In this document: positions 23,666-33,921 of the stretch, piece after piece
Layout: each line of letters opens with the position of its first letter
How positions within the stretch are numbered: position 1 is the first letter of the stretch
Assembly (NCBI GenBank): GCA_022813965.1
Contig: JALDZS010000014.1
Coordinates: forward strand, 124,001-188,000
Source of the DNA: Toensbergia leucococca
Taxonomy: Eukaryota
Reading direction: 5' to 3'
DNA length: 64,000 bases
Position numbers and translations under genes: made by a program
The notes under the pieces: model-generated
The model's database searches: none
What the model was told of the DNA's origin: nothing
The model's input: only the letters and a program-made list of their open reading frames with translations

Positions 23666-25839
23666 CTAAGTGCTCACTGACGCATACTGCGTACCCGCCT
23701 GGTAGCTAACTGCTCCGGTCGAAAACTGGGGATAGCAGTTTTCCGAGCCTTTCGCCGGGGGATACCCGGAGAAAACGACGCCGACGCAAGTATAGTAATC
23801 AGAGCAATACTGCACGCAGCCGTCGAGATCAGTGGTAACGGTTGATGCGAGAGCTTGGCCGCCTGGAGGTCCGAATCCCTGAATAGTCTGGTCACAGCCA
23901 ATGAAGTATGAGACACCCATATTGTCCGTGATGGTTGTCTGATTGCTTCCAGGACACAAAGCCACATTTGAGATGGATCCGGTCGTTGCACCGTTGACTG
24001 CAACTCCACTGTAGACGTTGGTTGCAGAATTGGAGTTGTAACTCGAGAAAGTCGAGTAGGAGAAGCAATTGGTGTCAGTCGAAGCCTCACCATCAAGGTA
24101 TGTAACTGCGGCGCAGCCGCCTACGATATCGCAATATTCTAAGCATTTTGCAAAAGTATCAGCGTGCGCCATGTAAGAATTACCGCCAGTTATCTGAAGA
24201 CCGCATTTGACGTTGTAGGTAGTCCCCGCAAAATCCGTGTACTGTGTGTTGTTACTTGCTGGACATACAGGTGCTGGGCTGCATGTTTCAGTAAAAGTTG
24301 AAGCCACTTCGAGGTCCAGAGTCTGAGAATAGGTCTCATTGGTGTCAGTAGCCTCGTAGTAGAGATACAGGAATTCGGTGAGGTCGCCAACGGGGACCGG
24401 GTTGAAAGTGCCCCAAATCTCCCAATTGTTATTTGAACCGGAGGCAGTCTCGATGTATCCGAATTGGATTGAACTGTCGCTTCCGTTATTAAAGTACAAT
24501 GTGACTACTTTATTGAAGGAAAGATCCTGTAGAAGTACTCGTCAGCGTAACCTGTGCATACCACTTGCCTCAAAGAACGAGTAGAGGTTTACCTCGATAT
24601 ATGCCTGAGCAGTCAAATCTCCCTCACAATACGAGTATTGATGGAAAGCCACAGCAGTACCACTAGCGGTTGGATATACCGCCTCTATCGTAGACGTAGA
24701 GCAAGTTGTAGAGCATGTCTCAGATATGGATGTTGTGGTTGAGGAAGGCGTGGTGGTTGTCGAAGAATGTGTTGTGGTTGTCGAGGAGGGTGTTGTGGTT
24801 GTCGAGGATGACGATGAAGCAACAGAAGAAGATAGCGAGGAAGACGGCGTTGCTGAGGACGACACTGATGATGAGGCCGATGATGAAGCTGAGGAAGACG
24901 CTGATGATGAGACCGATGACGATCCTGAGGAAGACGACGATGATCCTGAGGAGATGACTGAGCCTGAGGAAGATGATGACGAGGTAATCAGGCTCGAGGA
25001 TACAGAAGTGGTACCGGAAGTAGATCCTGATGTTGATGTGAGGCTCGATGTGAGGCTCGATGTGGAATTGAGGACATGAATCGTTGAGGTGGTTGATGTG
25101 GTGATGGTTGATCCACCTGGGTTTGTAGTGGTGTAGACTATTACAGTGGTTGAGCCGGATGGAGTTGGGGGCAACAGTCGGTATGCGATTAGTGACGAAG
25201 GACATCCACAAGCTTCAGCCTCGTTACCAGAGCAGCCGGTCGTACAATCACAACCGTTCATCGGCCCGGTAGGGGGGCTAGCACCACAGCTGCATTCATT
25301 CCCTAGAACACGTCAGATACGAGGATATGTGGATTATGATAGTGGCCAAAAGAAAGAATCAATGGAAAGATAATGAGGCACTTCAAAACACTAGAATGAG
25401 CATACCGTTCTCTACAGCAAAGTAAGTGCTTCCCTTGCAGTATGTAGCGCAGTATTCCACGGTCATCTGACTGCTATTTGTCGCTAGCCCTCCCAGTAGA
25501 TCCCCTGAAGATGAGTATCCATAAAAGCCGTCAAAATTGTAGGTTCCGTACACACTATCAACGCTTTCTACCACGAGGGGAGTGATACTGTGTTGGGTTA
25601 GCAAATATGTCTCTTAAGGCTGGGAAACCCGCATACGCGCTCCCGCCACCAGATGAGCTTCCTGCTCCGCCACCTGGACTGCAAGCGCTAGGCACACTTG
25701 AAGACGAAGGCCCGCCGTTAGGTACACAAGAGCCTGTAGGAATCCAAGTGGTCGAAGTCGAGATAGATTGAGCTGCGGCTGGAGTAAAGGGGAACCAGTC
25801 TAAGGCAGTCAAAAGGGCTCCCCAATAATGATACTTCAT
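23666..25839 (-). CDS. Secreted modular carbohydrate-binding protein: signal peptide, WSC, Ser/Thr stalk, CBM21-like, 2x PAN/Apple-like repeats; 4 exons
   Basis: Exons 25839-25637, 25587-25406, 25302-24593 and 24526-23666. WSC-type MTVEYCATYC..YFAVENGNECSCG..CSGNEAEACG, a Ser/Thr tract, YSYC..AYIEDLSFNKVVTLYF..WEIW..EFLYLYYE, then two CPxSNxT..C..C..C..C..NC repeats. Confidence 0.82.
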
Positions 25840-26641
25840 GACGACAATTAGTCTCGAGGATTTCCAGGAGTGAAATTCTGTAAAGACTGGATGTGCAATG
25901 AAATTGGAAACAAGAGAGCATACAATTCACAAGATAACAGGACTAAAAGAGTGTGAGTTGAGTATTTAGTGCGCTCATAGAAAAGCACGGCCTGAGAGGC
26001 CTTATAGGAGATTGAGAATAGAAATGCGAGGTAGACGAGCAGGGGCTTCGGAATGTAAACATCGCGTCGGCGTGGAGCTTGCATTCTTCAATTCGAACAA
26101 GAAATGAGGTCTCTTTCCTGCCTCATAAAGGGCCACGCTTTCTCAGTGCAACTTTACTACACTGGGCCAGAAAGTTGAGTTATTCTGTTGAGTATTCGCG
26201 GAGACAAGTGAAGAGCTTTCCAATTTTCTTGGGTGGCAGAAGGATTAGTTTTTGTGATATCAAAGAAGTTGCACGCCAAGTCTCCCCAAACGTTCATAGA
26301 AATATTCATTCCGTGGCGAATTAAATTGAACCAAGGAGGAGATCATTCTTGCCATTCTTCCCATTCTTCGCGCTACCTGGTCGACAGGGAGAGGGAGAGG
26401 AAAGAAAGCGGCTAGGGTTAGCTTAGAATATATGGAGGCGTCAATACTAGAATAGAATACGGTCATCCATACTGATATGATGCGCAGCCTCACTCTCTGC
26501 TCAACGTCACATATGAGTACTCGTACCTATTCTAATAAGACTCGACTTATATTTCATCCATTCTCCAGATTGATAGTCTCCTAGTAAACTTGTGCGTAGC
26601 AATATGATCTCAACGGATACCTCTCTTTCATTCATTTTCTT

Positions 26642-28121
26642 ATGGCCTTGCTTGTCCCTCGATGTTGCCCAAAGTGCTTCCACGTCCGCGTTCCTCTTAC
26701 CGTCATCCAACGACGCTTCAAATCTGGCCTTGTAGAGGAGAAGTCCGACGACCCTCGCATCGGAGGCAATGATCGCTCGATAGAAGATGAATACGCCAAA
26801 ATCCGCAGTAGCTATCGTAGGTTCCGAAACCTCCAATTTCAACCAGTAGCTAAGTAAACTAAGAAACCCCCAAGAACCCAATTGTGCTAGCCCATGGACT
26901 ACTCGGCTTTGATGAACTTCATTTGGCTGGGAATCTGTTTCCTGGTCTTCATTACTGGCGTGGTATTACCCAAGCTCTAGCCGCCAATGGCATCGAGGTC
27001 ATTACTGCTTCAGTACCGGCCTCAGCCTCCATCGAAGAGAGAGCTGCGAAGCTAAGTATTGATATTGAGAAGAAGGCTGGCGGTAAGAGTGTGAACATTG
27101 TTGCGTAAGTGTTGTGTGTATTTTGGTGGAATACTCTGCTAACCTTTGATAGGCACAGTATGGTATGAGATAGTCTACCTTTGCTGAGGTTCCAAGCTTA
27201 CTCCATGCTAGGGGTACGCTGTGCTGACGTGTAAAATTTCCCCATGACCACGAGGCTGACAACGTGATATAGCGGCCTCGACTCGCGATACATGATCAGC
27301 CGTCTAAATCCCCCGAATGTGAAAGTTCTCTCATTAACCACAATCGCAACTCCCCATCGAGGTGAGTGTCAGTGAACTATTGTGATTTTGAAAACCCCCT
27401 GATATCTTTCAAAGGTTCCGCATTTGCAGACTACATCTTTGACCAAATTGGACGTTAGTGCAACTGCCTTACCCGGGAAAAGAAACTATGGAGAGGAAGC
27501 TCACATCACTCTCCCACAGCCTCTCGCCTCCCAACGCTCTACAGCGTTCTCCAACGCCTTCAAATTGAAACCGGTGCCTTCAGCCAGTTAACCCGCCGCT
27601 ACATGCAAGAAGACTTCAATTCCAAAACCCCCGACCTCGCTGGCGTCAGGTAAACCCACTTACATAAAATTTACACATTCCCCAGTTCTCGGAGCTCAGT
27701 AAGCCTACAGATACTTCTCCTACGGCGCCACTGTCTCTCCCTCCCTCTGGTCCTCCTTTCGGCTATCCCACCGCATCATCGAGCAGGTTGAAGGGCCAAA
27801 TGACGGCCTCGTCAGCGTGGCTAGTAGCCGCTGGGGCAGCTATAAGGGAACTTTGGTTGGGGTCAGCCATTTAGATTTGATCAATTGGACGAACAGGCTC
27901 AGGTGGCTGGTGTGGGAGCTTACGGGAAACAAAAGAAAGTGAGTAAATTGTCCAGAGATCACTACGGGTTGCAGTGGGTTTCGCTTACGTGGGAGTAGTT
28001 TTAATGCCATTGCTTTTTATCTGGATATTGGAGGTATGGTTTGCGTCGCTCTTGGCAAAACTAGGGGAATGGCGGTCTTGCTAACCGGCGTCAAGATATG
28101 CTAGCAAAGGAAGGACTTTGA
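26642..28121 (+). CDS. TGL2: Tgl2-type triacylglycerol lipase (alpha/beta hydrolase), multi-exon with micro-exons
   Basis: PIVLAHGLLGF..YWRGI..SIEERA..VNIVAHSMGGLDSRY..LTTIATPHRGSAFAD..NDGLVSVASSRWG..SHLDLINW..FYLDIGDMLAKEGL*. All introns are GT..AG. Stop TGA at 28119-28121. Confidence 0.9.
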
Positions 28122-28779
28122 CTACTTCAATATGCTGAAGCACTCGACCTTCGCCACCGTTGCCAAGCCGTGGGAAAATTACTCTTTCGGCTTCGAGCTT
28201 TCCTCTTTGTTTAAAAAATTAGCAGTTACAATGAAGATGAGGTTACGAAGGAACAAGTAGCAATACTTTTCTTCGCCATCGTAGCAATAAGAGACCTCCT
28301 AAAAAGAAACCCTTCGGCTAGACAGCCTCAGCCTAAAAAGACCCCCGATTCGAAGAGTATTGGTCGTTTCCTTCCACCCCTTTTCGCGTTGTGTACGGAG
28401 TATGTCCCACACCACACCCATATATTCATCACAAGCCAGACAACTAAAAGGCCCCCAAACGAATCAATTCACATACATCAGATTTTGTAATAAAGGTCGG
28501 GGCTTTGTGGTAACATGGGGGTTTCATACTCAATGAAACGGCACTGGTACCGCTCTCACGAATCTTCCGGAAATGAGATATCGTTAAGTTACGAGATCAA
28601 TTGGGATTCCTCACGCAAGTAATAAGCTAGCAAAAACAACACGTTCTCCAACCCATAGATCCGCCTCCCAAGCTACAACCAAAAAATCCCCGGGTTTGGA
28701 AAATTAAAAGTTAGACAACCAAAGCACGCTTTCCTCACAATTTCCGCATCGCCACCTGAAAGTTTGATTGCAACCTATC

Positions 28780-29646
28780 CTAAAGTCCAGATCGTCTCGG
28801 TCTCCCACCAACTCCCCTGCCACCACCTCTTCCATGCCTCCCACTACCCATCACGGCTTCCGCATGAACTGGTGGCTGCATCTCACTATCATCATCCAAG
28901 TCTTCATCTTCGTCTTGGCTTGACTCTGTTCCACGACCGCCGCCGTTTCCGCCACCGCCTGCCTGCCGGCCTCGACGTCCCCTCTGATGGCCTCCATATC
29001 CTTGCTCATCATCGCTCTCTTCAGGATCTGGCCGACTTCGAGGGCCATGACGACGTCCCCTCCCTCCATTATCCATAGGCATGCCAAAGGGTTGTTCATC
29101 TCCTCGTGAGCCGTGCGAAGCTAAACTTAGATTTTGACCCGGGCGTCCAAGCCAAGATAGGGAGGAAGGAAACTTCCCACGATTAAGATCCGATATCTCT
29201 CTTGAGTTAAGCATGCCCCACAGAAACAAGTCTCCTTTGTTGTTACCGGTTCCCAGAGCGGAAACTTCCCATCGGCCGTCGATGGTTGTCATGCAGTATG
29301 CTATGATTGCAGTGAGTTTACCGCCGTCGTGGCTTGCAGGAACACGCCATATCCCACATGCATTTTCCTCATCAACGAATACAGCCTCTATATGTTGTCG
29401 TGTCTTCGCAACTTGAATCGTTCGCACTGGATCTTGGGCAGACCCGCCGCTCTCAAGCCAACCTTCTACCAATTCTCCATAGTGGATATCCAGTTCTTCG
29501 TCGGACATTATGCGCCTGCTGAAGGCGCCGTCGTATTTGGTTTGAACGACTCGTTTCGGATCACCACGCGGATCTATGCCGTCATCATAGTCTCCATAGC
29601 CGTCATCATAATCATCGGGAGCCATGCCCCCATATCCATAATCCAT
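28780..29646 (-). CDS. Unknown protein, paralog A (core domain plus Gly/Arg/Asp-rich tail)
   Basis: Intronless 288-aa ORF with a caaaATG context. Clear similarity to the neighbouring ORF 30937-32136. Confidence 0.85.
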   Translation of the reverse strand: MDYGYGGMAPDDYDDGYGDYDDGIDPRGDPKRVVQTKYDGAFSRRIMSDEELDIHYGELVEGWLESGGSAQDPVRTIQVAKTRQHIEAVFVDEENACGIWRVPASHDGGKLTAIIAYCMTTIDGRWEVSALGTGNNKGDLFLWGMLNSREISDLNRGKFPSSLSWLGRPGQNLSLASHGSRGDEQPFGMPMDNGGRGRRHGPRSRPDPEESDDEQGYGGHQRGRRGRQAGGGGNGGGRGTESSQDEDEDLDDDSEMQPPVHAEAVMGSGRHGRGGGRGVGGRPRRSGL

Positions 29647-29732
29647 TTTGTTGTCTTAGATGATTCGTAGAAAGAGGAAGAAGATGTGTTCTAGAAGGAG
29701 GTAGAAGTGGTTGGGGAGTGGTGGTTTCGATG

Positions 29733-29885
29733 GTAAGAATCTCTCAGCTGCGAGGCAAGATATATATATCTTTTCTCCGTGACTCAAGATATCTCTTCAC
29801 ACAACTTCATGTTCACTTCTACCTTGACTCAGTCAGCGCATTGAAATGGCCCCGGAGAAAGGTGAAGGCTTCCTTGTTTTGTCCT
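29733..29885 (-). promoter_or_regulatory. TATA-containing promoter of paralog A, similar to that of paralog B
   Basis: GTAAGAATCT..CTGC.AGGCAA..TATATA.CTTTTC..CTCTTCAC..GTTCACTT..GTGAAG is shared with 32223-32407. Confidence 0.6.
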
Positions 29886-30936
29886 CGGCCTCTCTGTCTA
29901 TTTCGCACTCTGTTCATTTTCCATCATCCGCGAATAGGGGACTAGCGATCCCCTTGATAATGAACTTCCATTCATCTCACAAGGACTACAACCACTATAT
30001 ACGAAACCTCACACTCACCACCAACGCACAGTAAGACTCATACATCACAGAAACCAAAACCCTCACAACCCCCAAAGAAAACCCCAAATCCATCCCTCGC
30101 AAACCCTTACCCAACTACATACCCTCTCCTCTCCATTTCTCCTCCCCACCCCTTGCCTCCACCACCACCACTCTCCCAAACCCAAGTCTCCCCTCCCTAT
30201 AACTCCACCCAAAAAAAAATCAAAAGAAAATCACACCTTCCATAGACGATCCTCATCCTCACCCCCCTTCCCCCACCCAAAACGTCCATAAAAAATCCAT
30301 CTCAAATATTCTCACAGAAACACAAAACCAAAACCCCCGCCCCACACTTACAACCTCACCCTGTACTGCACTGCGCTCCCTTGTCAATCAATTGATCACT
30401 CAATCAATCGATCGGTTGACAAGGGAGCGGTGGCTCGTAAGCGAGGCTGAAGAGTGATTTTGTGCACGTGGCGTGTGTGAGGTGTGAGGTGAGAAGCGAA
30501 AGACAGGTAGAAAGGATGGAGATACAAGAACGTACGAAAAAACCCCATCTACCTAAAAAACCACAAAGGATACCTTTTTTGAAAAAAGGGGTCATCAATT
30601 GTCACTCCTCCACAAATGAGGCCCTCACATGGATGAGATACTGCATCTTTCCACGAGGGATATATATGCCACGTAGGGCGATTGTGGATGTGGATCCACT
30701 TATTCAATGAATGGGGGACAGAGGTTCAATAGGTAGAAGAAGAGTGCTTTGCATGAATTCCCCTGAATAATGATCTCGCCCATGTAGAGACTCCAGCGGT
30801 CAGTCTAGGATAGAGTAAACAACACATCCCGTTGTCTGAAAAGACAGGTTGTCAAAAGCAAGCACGCTTCATTGTAATCCCCATATCACCTTCTCACGAA
30901 AAGGAACACCCCAAAACTTCAATCTCAAACCTCATC

Positions 30937-32136
30937 CTAAAGCCCAGATCGTCTTGGCCTCCCGCCGCCTCCGCCATGTCTGCCACCGCCTCCAAAGTTC
31001 CTCTGCCCACCTCCACCATGTCTCCCACCGCCTCCCGCATGTCTCCCACCGTCTTCACCATATTGCCCACCACCTGCCCCGTATCTCGCACCACCACCAC
31101 CATGCCTCCTTCCACTCCTCCTCTCCTCCGTATACGGTGGCGGCATATCATCCTCACCATCCTCGTCATCGTCATCATCATCATCCTCCTCCTCATCATC
31201 ATCATCGTCATCCATGGGCATACTTCTTCCCCGACGGCTTGCCCTACCGCCAGGAGGTACGCGATCGCGACCACGTCTTCCCAACCCTCTTGGTTCGTCA
31301 ATATCGTCACCCGAAGCGAGGTTTCGAGCTCCATGATGACGTCTCGATGAGCTAGGGATGGCTCCGAAGTCGTATTGTTCCTCGAACCCACCTGGTCTTG
31401 GCCCTGCCCCGCGACCTGGACGTCCCCTTGGACGGCCTCCGAACTGATGGTCGTTATCATCAAGATTGAGACCATCGAGATCAAAATCCAAATCCGGCCG
31501 ACCTCGAGGGCCAGAACTCATCATTGGGCCTCTGCCACTCCCTCTACCTGTGAGCATGTCGACAGGCCGTCCTTGCCGTTGCGAGCTATGTGAAGGAGCA
31601 CCCAATCGTGGACCGGGAAGCCCGAATATGGCCAGTGTGGGAGGAAACTTTCCTCGGCTAAGATCTGAAAGCTCTCTTGGAGTGAGCCTGCCCCACACAA
31701 AGAGATCGCCTCTCTTTTGGCCTTGTCCGACAGCAGAGACTCTCCAACGGTCATCGACCTGCGTCATTGCCCATGCAACATATGGAACCCAGCCCCTCGG
31801 CCTCGCACCCTTGACTTCGCTGATTCGCCATATCCCTCTTCCGAGTTCTTCGTGGACGAGCACGCTATTGGTGTTACGAAATAACAATGTCTGTCGGAAG
31901 ATCTCTTCTGGGATTGGGCCAGGACCAGCCTCCGAAGGCATCATATGTAGGTCTCTCACAGAATTTTCGTAGGAGAGTCTATCATGATCTGTCATGAAGT
32001 GCATGCATATGATGCCGTCGAACTTTGAGACAAGACCCCCCGTCTCGAGGATAGGCTCGGAGCCGATGTCTTGGTATTCTTCTTCATAGTCGTCATACGA
32101 ACCTTGGAGCGCAATGTTTCGGTAGTCCCCACGCAT
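30937..32136 (-). CDS. Unknown protein, paralog B (core domain plus acidic tract, PPPY and GGRH repeats)
   Basis: Intronless, caaaATG at 32136 (MRGDYRN..). Core GIWRI..AMTQVDDRWRVSAVGQGQKRGDLFVWGRL..ELSDLSRGKFP matches paralog A. Ends GGRPRRSGL*. Confidence 0.85.
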   Translation of the reverse strand: MRGDYRNIALQGSYDDYEEEYQDIGSEPILETGGLVSKFDGIICMHFMTDHDRLSYENSVRDLHMMPSEAGPGPIPEEIFRQTLLFRNTNSVLVHEELGRGIWRISEVKGARPRGWVPYVAWAMTQVDDRWRVSAVGQGQKRGDLFVWGRLTPRELSDLSRGKFPPTLAIFGLPGPRLGAPSHSSQRQGRPVDMLTGRGSGRGPMMSSGPRGRPDLDFDLDGLNLDDNDHQFGGRPRGRPGRGAGPRPGGFEEQYDFGAIPSSSRRHHGARNLASGDDIDEPRGLGRRGRDRVPPGGRASRRGRSMPMDDDDDDEEEDDDDDDDEDGEDDMPPPYTEERRSGRRHGGGGARYGAGGGQYGEDGGRHAGGGGRHGGGGQRNFGGGGRHGGGGGRPRRSGL

Positions 32137-32222
32137 TTTGGCGTTGCGGTTGACCTTGAAACAAATCACCGGAGGAATATTTTGGTAAGATAAGAAGATG
32201 GCAAGGGATAGAGGGTTTCGTA

Positions 32223-32407
32223 GTAAGAATCTTGGAACTGCCAGGCAATATATACTTTTCCACTATGATTCAACACAGCTCTTCACGCCAAACCTCGTTC
32301 ACTTTAGTGCTGAATCACTTCGGTGTTGAATCAATGAACGCATCGACAATGTCCCAGAGCTTGACTCATGGAAATCACGGGAAAGTGAAGAACTTTCTTC
32401 TTTGTTG
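32223..32407 (-). promoter_or_regulatory. TATA-containing promoter of paralog B
   Basis: Collinear motif matches with 29733-29885. Confidence 0.6.
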
Positions 32408-32540
32408 CAGATCACCCTGCCTGCCAAAACCATTAGCTGTCCATGATAGACCAAGGTGGGAAATGCCTAGAATGAGGTAGATTCTGGTAGCTCCGTTATT
32501 TGGGAGTCGAGAAGAAGATTGCTTACGTTTGAGGTCAAGC

Positions 32541-33921
32541 TCAAAGTGCAGAAGTGACTTCCATACAGTTCAATGCAGTGATCGACAAGATTTGTAAAGG
32601 GATAGCTGTAGAGTGGAAGAACCCGGTCTGATGACTGTGTCGAGACTGATACTCTAGACCCTCTACAGCAAAACTGTTGATATCTGGATTCATGTGTCAT
32701 TATGATTAAGGTAGATGGTGAGAAATCAAGCTCTGGACTAACGGCATGCACTCAAGAACTTGTCTATCGTGTTTTGATTACGCATAGGTACCGATATCAA
32801 TGCTCGAATGCCTTTATAGCGAACAAAGACATCTCCTAAAGTAGAAACAAGCGCCGTTATCGAATCAAGATTATACATCTGCCCTCGAGATTAGCTTGTG
32901 CTAGCCTTCTTCAAGTCATCTGGCGTCTTAGGATGATAAGACGAGTAAACGAGAAATATTTGATGAATCACAACATCCAAGGTGCAGCTCGACATTGACT
33001 ATGGAATTACGCTTCGTAAGACAGACGGAGATGAAATCTGCTGCTGATGAACCCAGAGCTTACCACATCCGCCGCGAGGACTAGATCATAGAACTGAGAA
33101 TCCTGCACATCATCCGGCATACTGTCTATGAGAGCTTGGCCCCAATTCAGGACAGCTGTCTCGATGATAGGATTCCCATGAAGACCGTTCAGGTACAAGT
33201 TTGATTCAAGGTCATTAATAACTTCTCCACTTCCATCGGTAGCTAGAACATGTAGTGCGCCTAGATGTTTCGCGCACAGAATGGATAGAAAGCCGGTGCC
33301 TGCTCCAAGTTCAATGATCTTGCTTCCGGCAACGATTCTTTTTCCAGCGCAAGAGAACAAATACTCTCCAAGATATAAAGCTGCGTCCCAGGTTCTCAGA
33401 CCAGTATCACCGGACGACACAAGCAAAGAGCGAGCCTCGAGTAAAGTGATTTCCGGGACACCTGTCCCATTCATTGGCGCTATGTAGGTCACGTAAGACT
33501 TTTGCTGCACTGCTAAATTTTCCGATATTTGAGGTTGGCATATAAGCTGTGCAAAACAATTTGTCAAATCGTCTGAGATGTCCTGAATTATGGGAGGAGC
33601 CACATGGCACGTTGATCAGCAGCGGGAGCTAAGAAAGCAAGCACTTGCTAAGAGCAACAAAGACTATTGGTGGTAAGGAGAGCCTACATCCTCGTCTGGA
33701 TCTACAATAGCCTGCTCCATAAGATCAATCAATTTCTTCAAGACACGAATTCTGTAACGACGCGGAGGCAAGAAACAAAGTCTGTCTTCGTCAAACATCA
33801 TACCATAGATAGCAGCCTGCACGTCGGGGGACTTGATGGTTTCCGTGGGAAGGAGGATCAGCTGGTCTGGTTCTACCATCTGTAGATACTGTCTCCTCAG
33901 CAGCTCAACGCCTTGCTCCAT
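32541..33921 (-). CDS. EFM3: Protein-lysine N-methyltransferase Efm3/FAM86 (eEF2 methyltransferase), 4 exons
   Basis: FAM86-type N-terminus (LLRRQYLQ..PPRRYRIRVLKKL), then GDTGLRTWDAALYL, IIELGAGTGFLSILC, ATDG, DLVLAADV/MYNLDSITALVSTL..RN..T.DKFL. Stop at 32541-32543. Confidence 0.88.

Noticed and set aside
24715..25079. Highly acidic + strand ORF (DDEADDEAEE..)
   Set aside because: It is the antisense shadow of the Ser/Thr stalk codons of the WSC gene.
30832..31355. His-rich and Ile-rich + strand ORFs
   Set aside because: They are antisense shadows of the Gly/Asp repeats of paralog B.
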